Of a DNA stretch of 64,000 nucleotides, positions 52,880-64,000 are shown piece after piece. Under the pieces are notes generated by a model. It saw only the letters and a program-made list of their open reading frames with translations. It was not told the origin of the DNA and ran no database searches. The position numbers were made by a program, and so were the translations under genes. The stretch lies in assembly GCF_009914755.1 (NCBI RefSeq), contig NC_060925.1, one strand, 5' to 3'. Numbering within the stretch: the stretch's first letter is position 1; each line of letters starts with the position of its first letter. This DNA comes from the human T2T-CHM13v2.0 reference genome, Homo sapiens.

Positions 52880-55800
52880 ATGGCAGGAGTAAGTCCTTAC
52901 TTATCAATAACAACATTGAATGTAAATGGACTAAACTCTCCAGTCAAAACAATAAACATACTTCACCTATAAAATCACACATAGACTGAAAATAAAGAGA
53001 TGGAAAAAGATAGTCCATGTCAAGGGAAACCGAAAGAGCAGGAGTCACTATACTTATATCTGACAAAATAGATTTCAAGATAAAAACTATAAAAAGAGAA
53101 AAAAGTCATTATATAATGATAAAGGGGTCAATCCAGCAATAGAATGTGACAATTTTAAATATATATGCACCCAACACTGGAGCACCCAAATATATAAAGC
53201 AAATATTATTAGAGCTAAAGAGAGAGATAAGCCCCAATACAATAATAGCTGGAGTCTTTAACACCCCACTTTCAACATTGGATAGATCCTCCAGACAGAA
53301 AATCAATAAAGAAACATTGGACTTAAATCTGTACTATAGAGCAAATGGATCCAATAGATATTTACAAAACATTTCATCCAACAGCTGCAGAATACACATT
53401 CTTTCCCTCAGCACATGGATTATTATAAAGGATGGATTATGTGTTAGGTCACAAAACAAGTCTTAAAACATTCAAAAAATTGAAATAATATCAAGCACCT
53501 TCTCTGACCACAGTGAAATAAAACTAGAAATTAATAACATGCAGAATTTTGGAAACTGTACAAATACACGGAAATTAACAATATGCTCCTGAATTACAGT
53601 GGGTCAATGAAGAAATTAAGAATAAAGTTGAAAAATGTATTGAAGCAAATGATAATGGAAACACAATGTACCAAAACCTATTGGATACAGTGAAAACATA
53701 CTAAGAGGGAAGACTGTAGCTATAAGTGCCTCCATTTAAAAAGAGGGTAAAGTTCAAATAAACAATCTAATGACGCATCTTAAAAAACCAGAAAAGCAAG
53801 AGGAAAGCAACCACAAAATTAGTAGAATAAAGGAAATAATAAAGATCCGAGCAGAAAAAAATGAAATTGGAATGAAGAAAACAACATAAAAGATCAATGA
53901 AATAAAAAATAGCTTTTTTGAAAAGTTAAACAAAATTGATATATCTTCAGCCATACTTAGAAGAAAAGATTGAAGATACAAATAAAATCAGAAATGAAAA
54001 AGGAAACATTACCACTGATACTGCAGAAACTCAAAGTATCATTAGTGGCTACCATAAGCAACTATGTGCCAATAAATTGGAAAATCTAGAAGAAATGAAC
54101 AAATTCCTAGACACATACAACCTACCAAGACTGAACAATGAAGAAACCCAAAACCTGAACAGATCAACATCAAATAATGAGATTGATGCCATAATAAAAA
54201 ATCTCTCAGTAAAGAAAAGTCCAAGACTTGATGGCTTCACTGCTGGAATTTTACCAAACATTTATAGAAGAACTAATATCAATCCTATTCAAACTATTCC
54301 AAAAAATAGAGGAGGGAATAGTTTTAATCTCATTCCATAAGGCCAGTATTACCTTGATACCAAAACCAGAAAAAGACACATCAAAAAGAGAAAACTACAG
54401 GCCAATATATCTAAAGAATAGTGATGCAAACATCCTCAACAAAATACTAGCAAACTTAATACATTAGAAAGACCATCATCATGACGAAGTGGGATCCATC
54501 CGTGGGATGGTTCAACATATACAAATCAATCAATGTGATACATCATATCAACAAAATGAAGGATAAAAACCATATGATCATTTCAATTGATGCTGAAAAA
54601 GCATTTGATAAAACTCAACATCCCTTTATGATGAGAACCCTCAAAAAAATGAGTATGGAAGGAACATACCTCAACATAATAAAAGCCATATATGACAGGC
54701 CCACGGTAGTATCATATGGAATGGGGAAAAATTGAAAGCCTTTTTTCTAAGATTTGAAACACGACAAGTATGCCCACTTTCACCAATGTTATTCAACATA
54801 ATACTGGAAGTCCTAGCTAGAGCAATCAGACAAGAAAAAGATATAAAGGGTATTCAAACTGGAATGGAAGAAGTAAAATTATCCTTGTTTACAGATGATA
54901 GAATCCTATATTTGGAAAAACAAGACTCCAGAGAAAAACTATTAGAACATATAAACAAATTTGGTATAGTTGCAGGATACAAAATCAACATACAAAAATC
55001 AGTAGCATTGCTATTTGACAACAGTGAACAATCTTAAAAAGAAATAAAAAAGTAATCCCAAATACAATAGCCACAAATAAAATTAAATACCTAGGAATTA
55101 ACCAAAGAAGTGAAAGGTATCTACAATCAAAAGTATAAAACAGTGATGAAAGAAATTGAAGAGGACACCAAAAATGGAAAAATATTCCATGTTCATAGAT
55201 TAGAATAATCTATATTTTTAAAATGTCCATACTACCCAAAGCAATCTACAGATTCAGTGTAATCCCTATCAAAATACCAATGATATTCTTCAAAGTAGTA
55301 GAAAAAAAATCCTGAAATTTATATGGAACTGCAAAAGATCCAGAATAGCCAAAGCTATCCTTAAGCAAAAAGAACAAAACTGGAAAAATCACATTACCTG
55401 ACTTCAAATTATACTACAGAGCTATAGTAACAAAAACAGCATGGCACTGGCTAAAGAAAGACATATTGACCAATTGAATAGACTAGAGAACTCAAAAACA
55501 AATCCTTACATTTAACAGTAAACTCATTTTAGCAAAGGTGTTAAGAACATAAACTGCAGAAAAGACAGTCTTTTCAATAAATGGTGATGGGAAAACTAGA
55601 TATCCATATGCAGAAGACCCCTATCTCTTGCCATATACAAAAATCAAATCAAAGTGGATTAAAGACTTAAACCTAAGACCTCAAACTATGAAACTACTAC
55701 AAGAAAATATCGGGAACCTCTTTAGGACATTGGTTTGGACAAAAATTCTTTGAGCAATACCCAACAAGCACAGGTAACCAAAGCAAAAATGGACAAATGG

Positions 55801-56400
55801 AATCACATCAGGTTAAAAAGCTTCTGCACAGCTAAGGAAACAACAAAATTACAAGACTTCCCACAGGATGGAGAAAATATTCACAAACTACCCATCTGAC
55901 AAGAGATTAATAACCAGAATATATAAGGAGCTCAAACAACACTATAGGAAAAAATCTAATAATCCAATCAAGGGTCAAAAGATTTGAATAGACATTTCAC
56001 AAAGGAAGACATACAAATGGAAAACAGGCACATGAAAAGACACTGAATATCATTAATCATCAGAGAAATGCAAACCAACACTACAATGAAGTATCATCTC
56101 ACCCCAGTTAAAATGGCTTTTATTTAAAAGTCAGACAATTACAAATGCTGACAAGGATGTACAGCAAAGGGAAGCTTCATACACTGTTAGTGGGAATGTA
56201 ACTTAGTACAACCACTATGGAAAAGAATTGGGAGGTTCCTCAAAAAAACTAAAAATTGAGCTACCATATGATTCAGCAATCTCACTGCTGGGTATATACC
56301 GAAAAGAAAGGAAATCAGTATATCAAAAAGATATCTGCACTTCCATGTTTGCTACAACACTGTTCACAATAGCTAAGATTTGAAAGCAACCTAAGTGTCC
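52880..56400 (+). pseudogene. Disrupted L1 ORF2 (EN + RT)
   Basis: MAGVSPYLSITTLNVNGLNSP start; TILNIYAPNTGAP; ENYRPI; [10 protein letters not shown]; LFTDD (degenerate FADD); many frameshifts. Confidence 0.9.
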
Positions 56401-56949
56401 ATCAGCAAATGAATGGAAAAGAAAATGTAACACATATACACAGTGGAGTACTATTCAGCCTTAAAAACAAATTAGATCCTGTCATTTGCAACAACATGGA
56501 TGGAACTGGAAATCATTATGTTAAGTGAAATAAGCCAGACACAGAAAAACAAACATTGCTGTTCTCACTTACTTGTGGGATCTAAAAATCAAAACAATTG
56601 AACTCATGGACATAGAGGATGGTTACCAGAGGCTGGGAAGGGTAGTGGGAAGCAGGGGGAAGTGGGGAAGTGGGGATGGTAAACGGATACAAAAAGAAAA
56701 AAATGAATAAGACCTACTATTTGATAGTACAACAGGGGAATATAGTCAATAATAACTTAATTGCACATTCTTAAATAACTACAAGAGTGTAATTGGACTG
56801 TTTGTAACACAAAGCATAAATGTTTGAGGGGATGGATACCCCCATTGTCTATGATGTGTTTATTTCACATTGCATGCCTGTATCGAAACATCTTATGCAC
56901 CCCATAAATATACATACCTACTATGTACTCACAAAAATTTAAAATAAAA

Positions 56950-58770
56950 GAAAAACAGAGTAAGAAAAAGCCTTTTAGTTCTGAATTTGAATTGAAATTA
57001 TCAGTATAAACTCATGAGGCATTTAAATGTTAAAGGTAGATACACATGCATACATTTCCTAGATCAGTCCACTAAAAAGTTCTAGAAACTACCACCAATC
57101 CAGAATCAATGAGCAACTCTGGGGCCCAGACTGATGTCACCACATAATTTCCCTTTAAAATAAACCATAACCTTTTAAAGAAATGGCTAATTTCAGGCTA
57201 GGGACAATAAATGTACAAGATTGACATGGAATATCTTTACATACCAGATAGCAAGAAAACTGTCAAAGACTATCAGAGTGATATCAAAAACAAAACAAAA
57301 CTCAGGAGACAACTTAAAAATGGAATCCAACGGTTCCAAGATAGGAAATTTTGAGCTTTAATAATGCTAATATTGCAATGGATTGAAATCCATAAATCAT
57401 GCTTAAATCCATCCATGAGTTCATAATAATATTTATGAACAAAAATACACATTTTATCATCATCTGGGAATGATAAGAAATTGATTCATTATCTTGAAAA
57501 CTGAACAAATAAGGGGAAAAGACGAAGAATTTATCCTGTTTTCTCTTTGTGAACTGTACCAATGGGTAACCAAATAGTAGACGAGGGGAAGTATATTTTT
57601 GTAAAATTATTACAGCTAATAAATATAAGCAACTTGAAAAAATTAGAATACAACCCTGTATAATAAATTAAGAGATCCAGGTATGAGCATCAATAGCTGT
57701 TAACAACAATAGCCAAAAAAGAGCAAAAACCAGATATCATGTCTCCTGATAAAAGAACATACTACCACCTATAATACTGACAAAAGATTAAACCCCAATA
57801 TCAACCAGTCTCTTGATCCAAATTCCAATTTGCAGGAAATATAAAGGATAGGGTGTCACGTAGACCTGTTTCATAAGTATGTAATCAAGAAACTCTGCCT
57901 ATGGGAAATTCTCCAAGCCCAGTTATTTGAAAGATGGGAGAGAGAGATAGGGAGGGGGAGAGAGAGAGAGGAAGGGTGAGACAGAGAGGGAGAGGGAGAG
58001 AGAGAGAGAGAGAGAGAGAGGAGAGGGTGAAAGAGAGGGAGGGGGGAGAGAGAGAGAGGAAAATAGAAGAAGAAGAACAAGAAGAGGAAGAAGAAGAAGG
58101 AGAAGGAGAAGAAGAAGGAGAAGCAGGAGTAGGAGAAGGAGGAGAAGGAGAAAGAAGGAGGAGGAGAAGGAGGAGGAGGAAGAGGAGGACGAGGAGGGGG
58201 AGGAGGAAGAGAAAAAGGGAAGGAGGAGGGGAGGGAGGAGATTTTTTTGATTGATTCAAAAAATCAATCAGAGGAGGAGAAAGAGAAGGAAGGAAGAAGG
58301 AAAAAGAAGATGAAGAAGAAGGAGAAAGAGAAGAGGAGGAGGAGAAGGAAAAGGAGAAGAAGGAAGAAGGAAAAAGAAGACGAAGAAAAAGGAGAAAGAG
58401 AAAAGAAGGAGGAGGAGAAGGAAAAGAGACAAATTATAAAATTTTAATTGCAGATTAAAAGTGACATAAAAGGCATATGAATTTTTTTAATGGGCAAGAC
58501 TAAACTATAGTGTTTAAGGATGCACACTTGCGTAATAAACCATAAAGATTTCAAAAGAAGTGATGACTGCAGAAGCCAGGATAATAATTACTTTTGGAAG
58601 GAGGATGAGACTGTGATGAGGAGAAGGTATTGGGGTTTCTGTAAATGTTCCAATTTTTTTTGTCCCAGATGGTGGTTACAATAATTTTCACCTTATGATA
58701 ATTTGCTGATTATGTATTTTGGTGTGGTTTCTTATACCTGCATTTTATTTTACAATAAAAAGATCTAAAA
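56950..58770 (+). mobile_element. L1MC4a-like long 3'UTR (interrupted by the purine tract)
   Basis: gggtaaccaaatagtag; gggcaagactaaactatagtgtttaaggatgcacacttg...ttttattttacaataaaaag. Confidence 0.7.
57929..58428. repeat. About 500-nt GA-rich polypurine tract (GA, GGA, GAA units)
   Basis: Almost pure purine on +, except an island at 58242-58270 and a few single pyrimidines. Confidence 0.95.
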
Positions 58771-59137
58771 ATACTAATGCTGTTTTTAAGAACACAGATA
58801 ACAGAGAAATACAGAAGCAACTTTTTAATCCCTGAATGGGTTAGGCAGGTATCTTGCAAGACATCAATTATGACCAAAAGCTAGTAAGAAAACTACTTAA
58901 AAGAAAAATAAAATTTCTCTGCCTAGGCCTATGACATTATTCTGGAATAAATACCTCAGACTTTGGGAAATATATTGTTGCATACATTTATGTCTAATAT
59001 CTTGCACTGATCAAAGAATGGGTAGATATATGGGAAGAATAACCCAGCAGGTAGAATGTGAGATTTTTCCAAATAATCATGGTCATTTCGCCTGGTAGAT
59101 GAAGGAAAGCTCCCTCTTGCAAAGGAAGAAGAGGCAG

Positions 59138-60800
59138 GCTTCCCATCTGAAAAAGCTAAAAAAAAAAAAAAAAAAAAGGACAAAATAAACCTAAGGCAAG
59201 CAGAAGGAAAGAAATAATAATGATAAGAGCAGAAATTAGTTAAGCCAATGAAAAAATAAGGATAATCAATGAAACAAAGAGCTGGTTCTTAGAAAAGATC
59301 CAAAAAAATTGACACACTTTTTCAAGACTGATAAAAATTACCAGTACCAATGATTAAACAGGGGATATGACTTACAGATTTTGCAGACATCAAAAGGACA
59401 ATAAGAAAATACTATGAACAACCCCACACACATCAATGTGGTAATTTACAAAAAGGGACTAATTCCTCAAAACCACAAGCTACAAAATTCACCCAATATA
59501 AAACAGACAATTTGAATAGCCCTATAACTATTAAGACAGTTGCATTCATGATTTTAATACTCCCAAAAAGAAATCTCCAGGTCCAAATGGTTTCACTGGA
59601 GAATTCCACCAAATACTTAAAGAAAACTAACGTCAATTCTATGCAATATCTTTCATAATATATGAGAGGAGGGTACACTTCTACATTCATTTTGTAAAGC
59701 TAGTACTACCCTGATACCAAAACCAAACTAAAACAGCAGAAGAGCAAACAAAGAAACTACAGACCAATATCCTCAAAAATATAGATACAGAAATTCTTAA
59801 CAAAATATTACCAAATAGAATTTAATAATATGTAAAAAACAATTATACATTATAACAAAGTGGGGTTTATTTCAGGGATGCAAGGCTAGTTCAATATTCA
59901 AAAAATCAGTCAGAGTAGACTACTACATTAACAAGCTAAAGAAAAACAGCACATTATTATATCCAATGCAGAAAAAGCATTTAACAAAATCCATTTATGA
60001 CAAAACCTGTGAGAAAAATAGGAATAGAGGAGAACTTCCTCAACTTTATCCACAAAGAGCATCTACTAAAAAGCATATAGTCTATATTACATTTGATAGT
60101 GAGACTGAATGCTTTCCCTCTAAAATCAGGAGCAAGGCAAGGATGTTCATTCTCACCACTCTTATTCAACATAGTACTGAAAGTTCTAGACAGTGTGATA
60201 AGGCAAGAAAACAAAATAAAAGGCATACATATCGGAAAGGAAGAAATAAAACTAGCCCTATTTGTACATGACGTGATTGTCTACAGAGAAAATCTCAAGA
60301 AATTTACAAAACCTCCCATAACTAACACGTGAGCTCAGAAAGCTGACAGGATACAAGACAAACATACAAAAAAAAATTGTATGTCTATAATGTCTATAAT
60401 AAATAGTAATAAACATGTGAACACTATAATTAAAGTACAATACCACTTAATTGATCAAAAATGAAATATTTAGGAATAAATCTAACAAAATATGTATAGG
60501 ACTATATGTTGAAAACTTCAAAACTCTGATAAAATAAACCAAAGAAAATCTAAATAAATGGAGCAATACACCATGTTTATCTATAGGAAAACTCAACAAA
60601 TTGATATATAGGTTGAACACAGTTCTTATCAAACCCCTAGCAAGATTTTTTGTACATATAGAAAAGAGCTTTCTAAAATTTACATGGAAAGGCAAAGAAA
60701 TAGAACAGCTAAAACAGTTTTCTAAAAAAAAAAAGAGCAAAGTGAGAAGAATCAATATAACCAATTTCAAGACTTTTATTATATAGCTATAGTAATCAAA
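59138..60800 (+). mobile_element. Old L1 (L1MC/MD-like) ORF2 fragment
   Basis: [23 protein letters not shown]...[16 protein letters not shown] in the track; ccaggtccaaatggtttcactggagaattc. Confidence 0.85.
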
Positions 60801-62133
60801 TTGAATGAACCTGCCTCACTGTTATTCTGATCTTTCCTATTTCAAGAAATGGCAATGATTTCTGATTAAAGTGACTTCTCACTATTACATGTATTTCTAA
60901 TAGACATTAATAGCACATTACACATATTAGATCCATTAAGTGAAACACACATCAGCAAATTTGTGTGCTGCATGCCTCGAATGGAGCAGACATGATAGCA
61001 TACTTGATTAAAATACTGGGTAAAAGTGCTTGTATCCAAGAAATCTCTAGTACAGATTTCATTTAGTTTATGTATATATAAATTATATTAACTGCTTTGG
61101 TTTCTAAGTGTTTACGTGTGATGCTACAGTGATTTTCAGCAACCGGTACCTCTACTACATTTTTCATGCCACTACAGACTAGATATGTCTTCAAAACATA
61201 AATTTAACAGCAGAATTTTATCTAATCTTCTGGCTGCTATCTATAAACCAAACACTTCAATAATGTTTTCTACATTCAAACAAAACTACTACAGTTTTTG
61301 CATTGGAAATCTTAAAGACAAAACTAGGCTTTAATTGCATTCTCGCTGATCCTGATTATTTGAAAAGCATACAAAAGTTTACTTATAGTAAATGCTTAAA
61401 TCTTACATTTATTTGCATTTGTTTTAAGGCCAGAGATTTATTGAAACAATATCAAAAAAACATTTTTAAACTTTAGTAAATACAGTATCTCATTTTATAA
61501 AGCAAAATACTCAAAATTTGTGCCAGTTTTCCTGTGGTTTGTAAAATCTGGTGTACAGTATGTTTGGTGAGTAAAGCCAAATCACTGGGACAGAAAATAC
61601 AGTCCCAAGCTAATACATCACTTTACCATCTAGCATTTATCAAACACCTAGGAGGAAGCAGGAAAACAGTGCTAGGCATGTTTTACATTTTAAGGTAGCA
61701 AATACATTGAAACATTCTCTTAAAGTTAGCTATCTTTCTCTGAAATAAACAAATTCTCATTGTAAAAAACAAAAATAGGAAATTTCTTGAAAATGACATG
61801 AAAATAAATTGCCAGAGAGGTTTATCTGTGATGATTTTCTGCTTCCTGAATAGGGAAAAGTGGAACATATTCCTACTGTCACAATCCCTTTCAGCTATGT
61901 GACTTCAGTCACACAGATATTTAAAAAGCAGAATTTGAAACAGTTAAGCCTTACAACATGAGCCTAAGCCCTGGGCATTCTTACTTCCTGATTTTTTTCA
62001 TGCCAGGACATTATTTGAAATACATTGTTTGACCTAGTTATAGACATTCTGATGGACAGCACTAAGAGGTTGTCAAGTTTATTAATTCTTTCTCCCTTTT
62101 TTCCTATGACATTTTATGTTTATTTCCTTCTGA

Positions 62134-62507
<374 letters not shown>

Positions 62508-62860
62508 AATTCTGTATATTTTTAACTAAACTCACAAACTTAATGTACCAAGTAACTTGTAACACTGATCAGCATGTTATGAAGTCACTAGATGTGTACT
62601 GAAACCTGTTTCCAACATGAGTTGTCATCTTGTAATAATCAGATAGTTAAACTCAATACATAATCTAATTATCGCACTCATTTTATAAATTCATCTAGCC
62701 TAAACTTTGGCTATGAATCACTCTACTTGTCAAGACACACTGATTAAAGTAAAAAGGATATCATATGTGACAAGGAATGTGTCAAAATATAAAACATTCA
62801 CTGTTTTATATTATCAGGTATGATTCTTCACCGAAATCAGCAAGGCCTGCTTGAATTTAA

Positions 62861-62995
62861 TTCCCCTGAGGGCAAGACCTTTATCTCATTCACCACTCTA
62901 TCCCCAGCACCTAAAACAGAGTCTGGCACATATCAAGGGTTCATTACATATGCACTAGTTAAATGACTTACTAGTGAATTCATAAATAAATGAAA
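62861..62995 (+). mobile_element. L2 3' end
   Basis: cctgagggcaagacc...tcattcaccactctatccccagcacctaaaacagagtctggcacat. Confidence 0.75.
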
Positions 62996-63094
62996 TCCAT
63001 AATAATTGATACCTGTATCGATAATGCCTCATGTAAATACTTAAAACTTTAATGCATAGAGAGACAGCATAAAATAGCTGTGAGTGTTAAAATT

Positions 63095-63650
63095 TTTTTA
63101 AATACCCAGAGTGAGTGAAAATGTAGAAAAATGAAAGAGGAGCTATCATCTGCTGCTGGTGAAAATGTAAATTAATAAATTTGTGGAGGATAATTTACAA
63201 TATATGCTGTAAGTTTTACATCCAAAAACTCTATGCTTACAAATTTATCTTAAGAAAATGATCAGATTTGGGCATAAAGATTTATTGACAAAGATAGTAG
63301 AATTTTTATAATAATAATAAAATTAAAATGTTCTATACATCCAAAATAATGGAGTGGTTAATTAAATTATAGCATACCCAAAGAATGGAATATTATGCAG
63401 CTAGTAAAAATTGTCATTCAGTGAAATTAAAAAGATGTACCATCAATTTTTTAAATTCAAAATGCATATTAATAAAAAAGAGTGGAAAACACATAAAAAT
63501 ACTAAGTAATCTGTTGCTTCTTGGTAGAATTACAAGTGATATGTATTTTCAGTATTTTGTAATTGCTCTTTTCAATATTTTCTAAATTTTCTACAAGGAA
63601 AAAATGTTTACTGTTAGGGTAAGATTATTTTAATAAAATTAATTTAAAAT
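63095..63650 (+). mobile_element. L1ME-type 3' fragment
   Basis: ctgctggtgaaaatgtaaatt; ggttaattaaattatag; atggaatattatgcagc; ttttctaaattttctacaa. Confidence 0.65.
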
Positions 63651-63669
63651 CAAAACACAAAGGAAAAAA

Positions 63670-63822
63670 ACTAGTATTAAAACCAGAAAGACCTAGGTTT
63701 GAAATTAGGCTTGGGCACAGCTTCCTCAACCCTCTCATCCTGTTTCTTCATGTATGTAACACTGTCTACATTGCAGGGCTTAGCATAGTGCTGTGCACAT
63801 AGTAGATAATCAATAAATGATG
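63670..63822 (+). mobile_element. MIR SINE
   Basis: aaagacctaggtttgaa...gcttagcatagtgctgtgcacatagtagataatcaataaatg. Confidence 0.65.
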
Positions 63823-64000
63823 CCCCAAAATAACTACATTCAGTTAATATGAGACATAAGGATTTGTAAATGAAGACTATGAAATATATTTTTGCAAAAA
63901 TTTCCCTTTTAATACCTTTATCCTTACCAAAAATTTATTTCATTGCCTGTTGCATGGGTCAGTTCAAAAAACAATTAATTACATATGGAAGGATTATATG

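Larger units (their letters stand above)
49371..56947 (+). mobile_element. Full-length (~7.6 kb) L1MA2-like LINE-1
   Basis: 5' ggaggtggagcaagatgg; ~2.1-kb 5'UTR; ORF1; inter-ORF; ORF2; L1MA2-type 3'UTR and A-rich tail; no nested TE seen. Confidence 0.92.

Noticed and set aside
52880-56400. Retrotransposition-competent L1 or domesticated RT
   Set aside because: Many frameshifts and stops; the longest open piece is 134 aa.
57885-58447. Glu/Arg/Lys-rich and Ser/Leu/Pro-rich ORFs of 66-124 aa
   Set aside because: Translations of a purine simple repeat that lacks stop codons; no splice or codon evidence.

Overview
Primate (very probably human) genomic DNA. It is AT-rich, CpG-poor and well over half interspersed repeat. 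I find no protein-coding exon of a recognisable host gene, and no RNA gene, CpG island or CRISPR/prokaryotic system. The ORF-track hits I can assign are L1 ORF1/ORF2, Tigger1 transposase, Alu, LTR or simple-repeat translations; the rest look like chance ORFs. Content: nine full-length Alus plus one tailless fragment; a near-complete MLT1A-type MaLR provirus with a nested MSTD LTR; MST/THE1/MLT1/MLT2 LTRs; MER1A, MER3, MER30 and Tigger1 DNA transposons; L2/MIR relics; and about 28 kb of L1, including an uninterrupted ~7.6-kb full-length L1MA2-like copy and a deeply nested L1MB3/L1MA4/L1M1 stack. L1 sequence is almost all on the + strand, which suggests (inference) an intron of a long gene transcribed on the - strand. 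The best non-repeat signals are a homeobox-motif-dense unique block (~27.7-28.3 kb, candidate conserved enhancer), a few - strand candidate cryptic/non-coding exons, and non-B-DNA tracts ((CG)9(CA)20, a ~500-nt purine tract, a palindromic 30-bp VNTR). I see no convincing new biological system. Subfamily names come from recalled consensus features and should be confirmed with RepeatMasker/Dfam.
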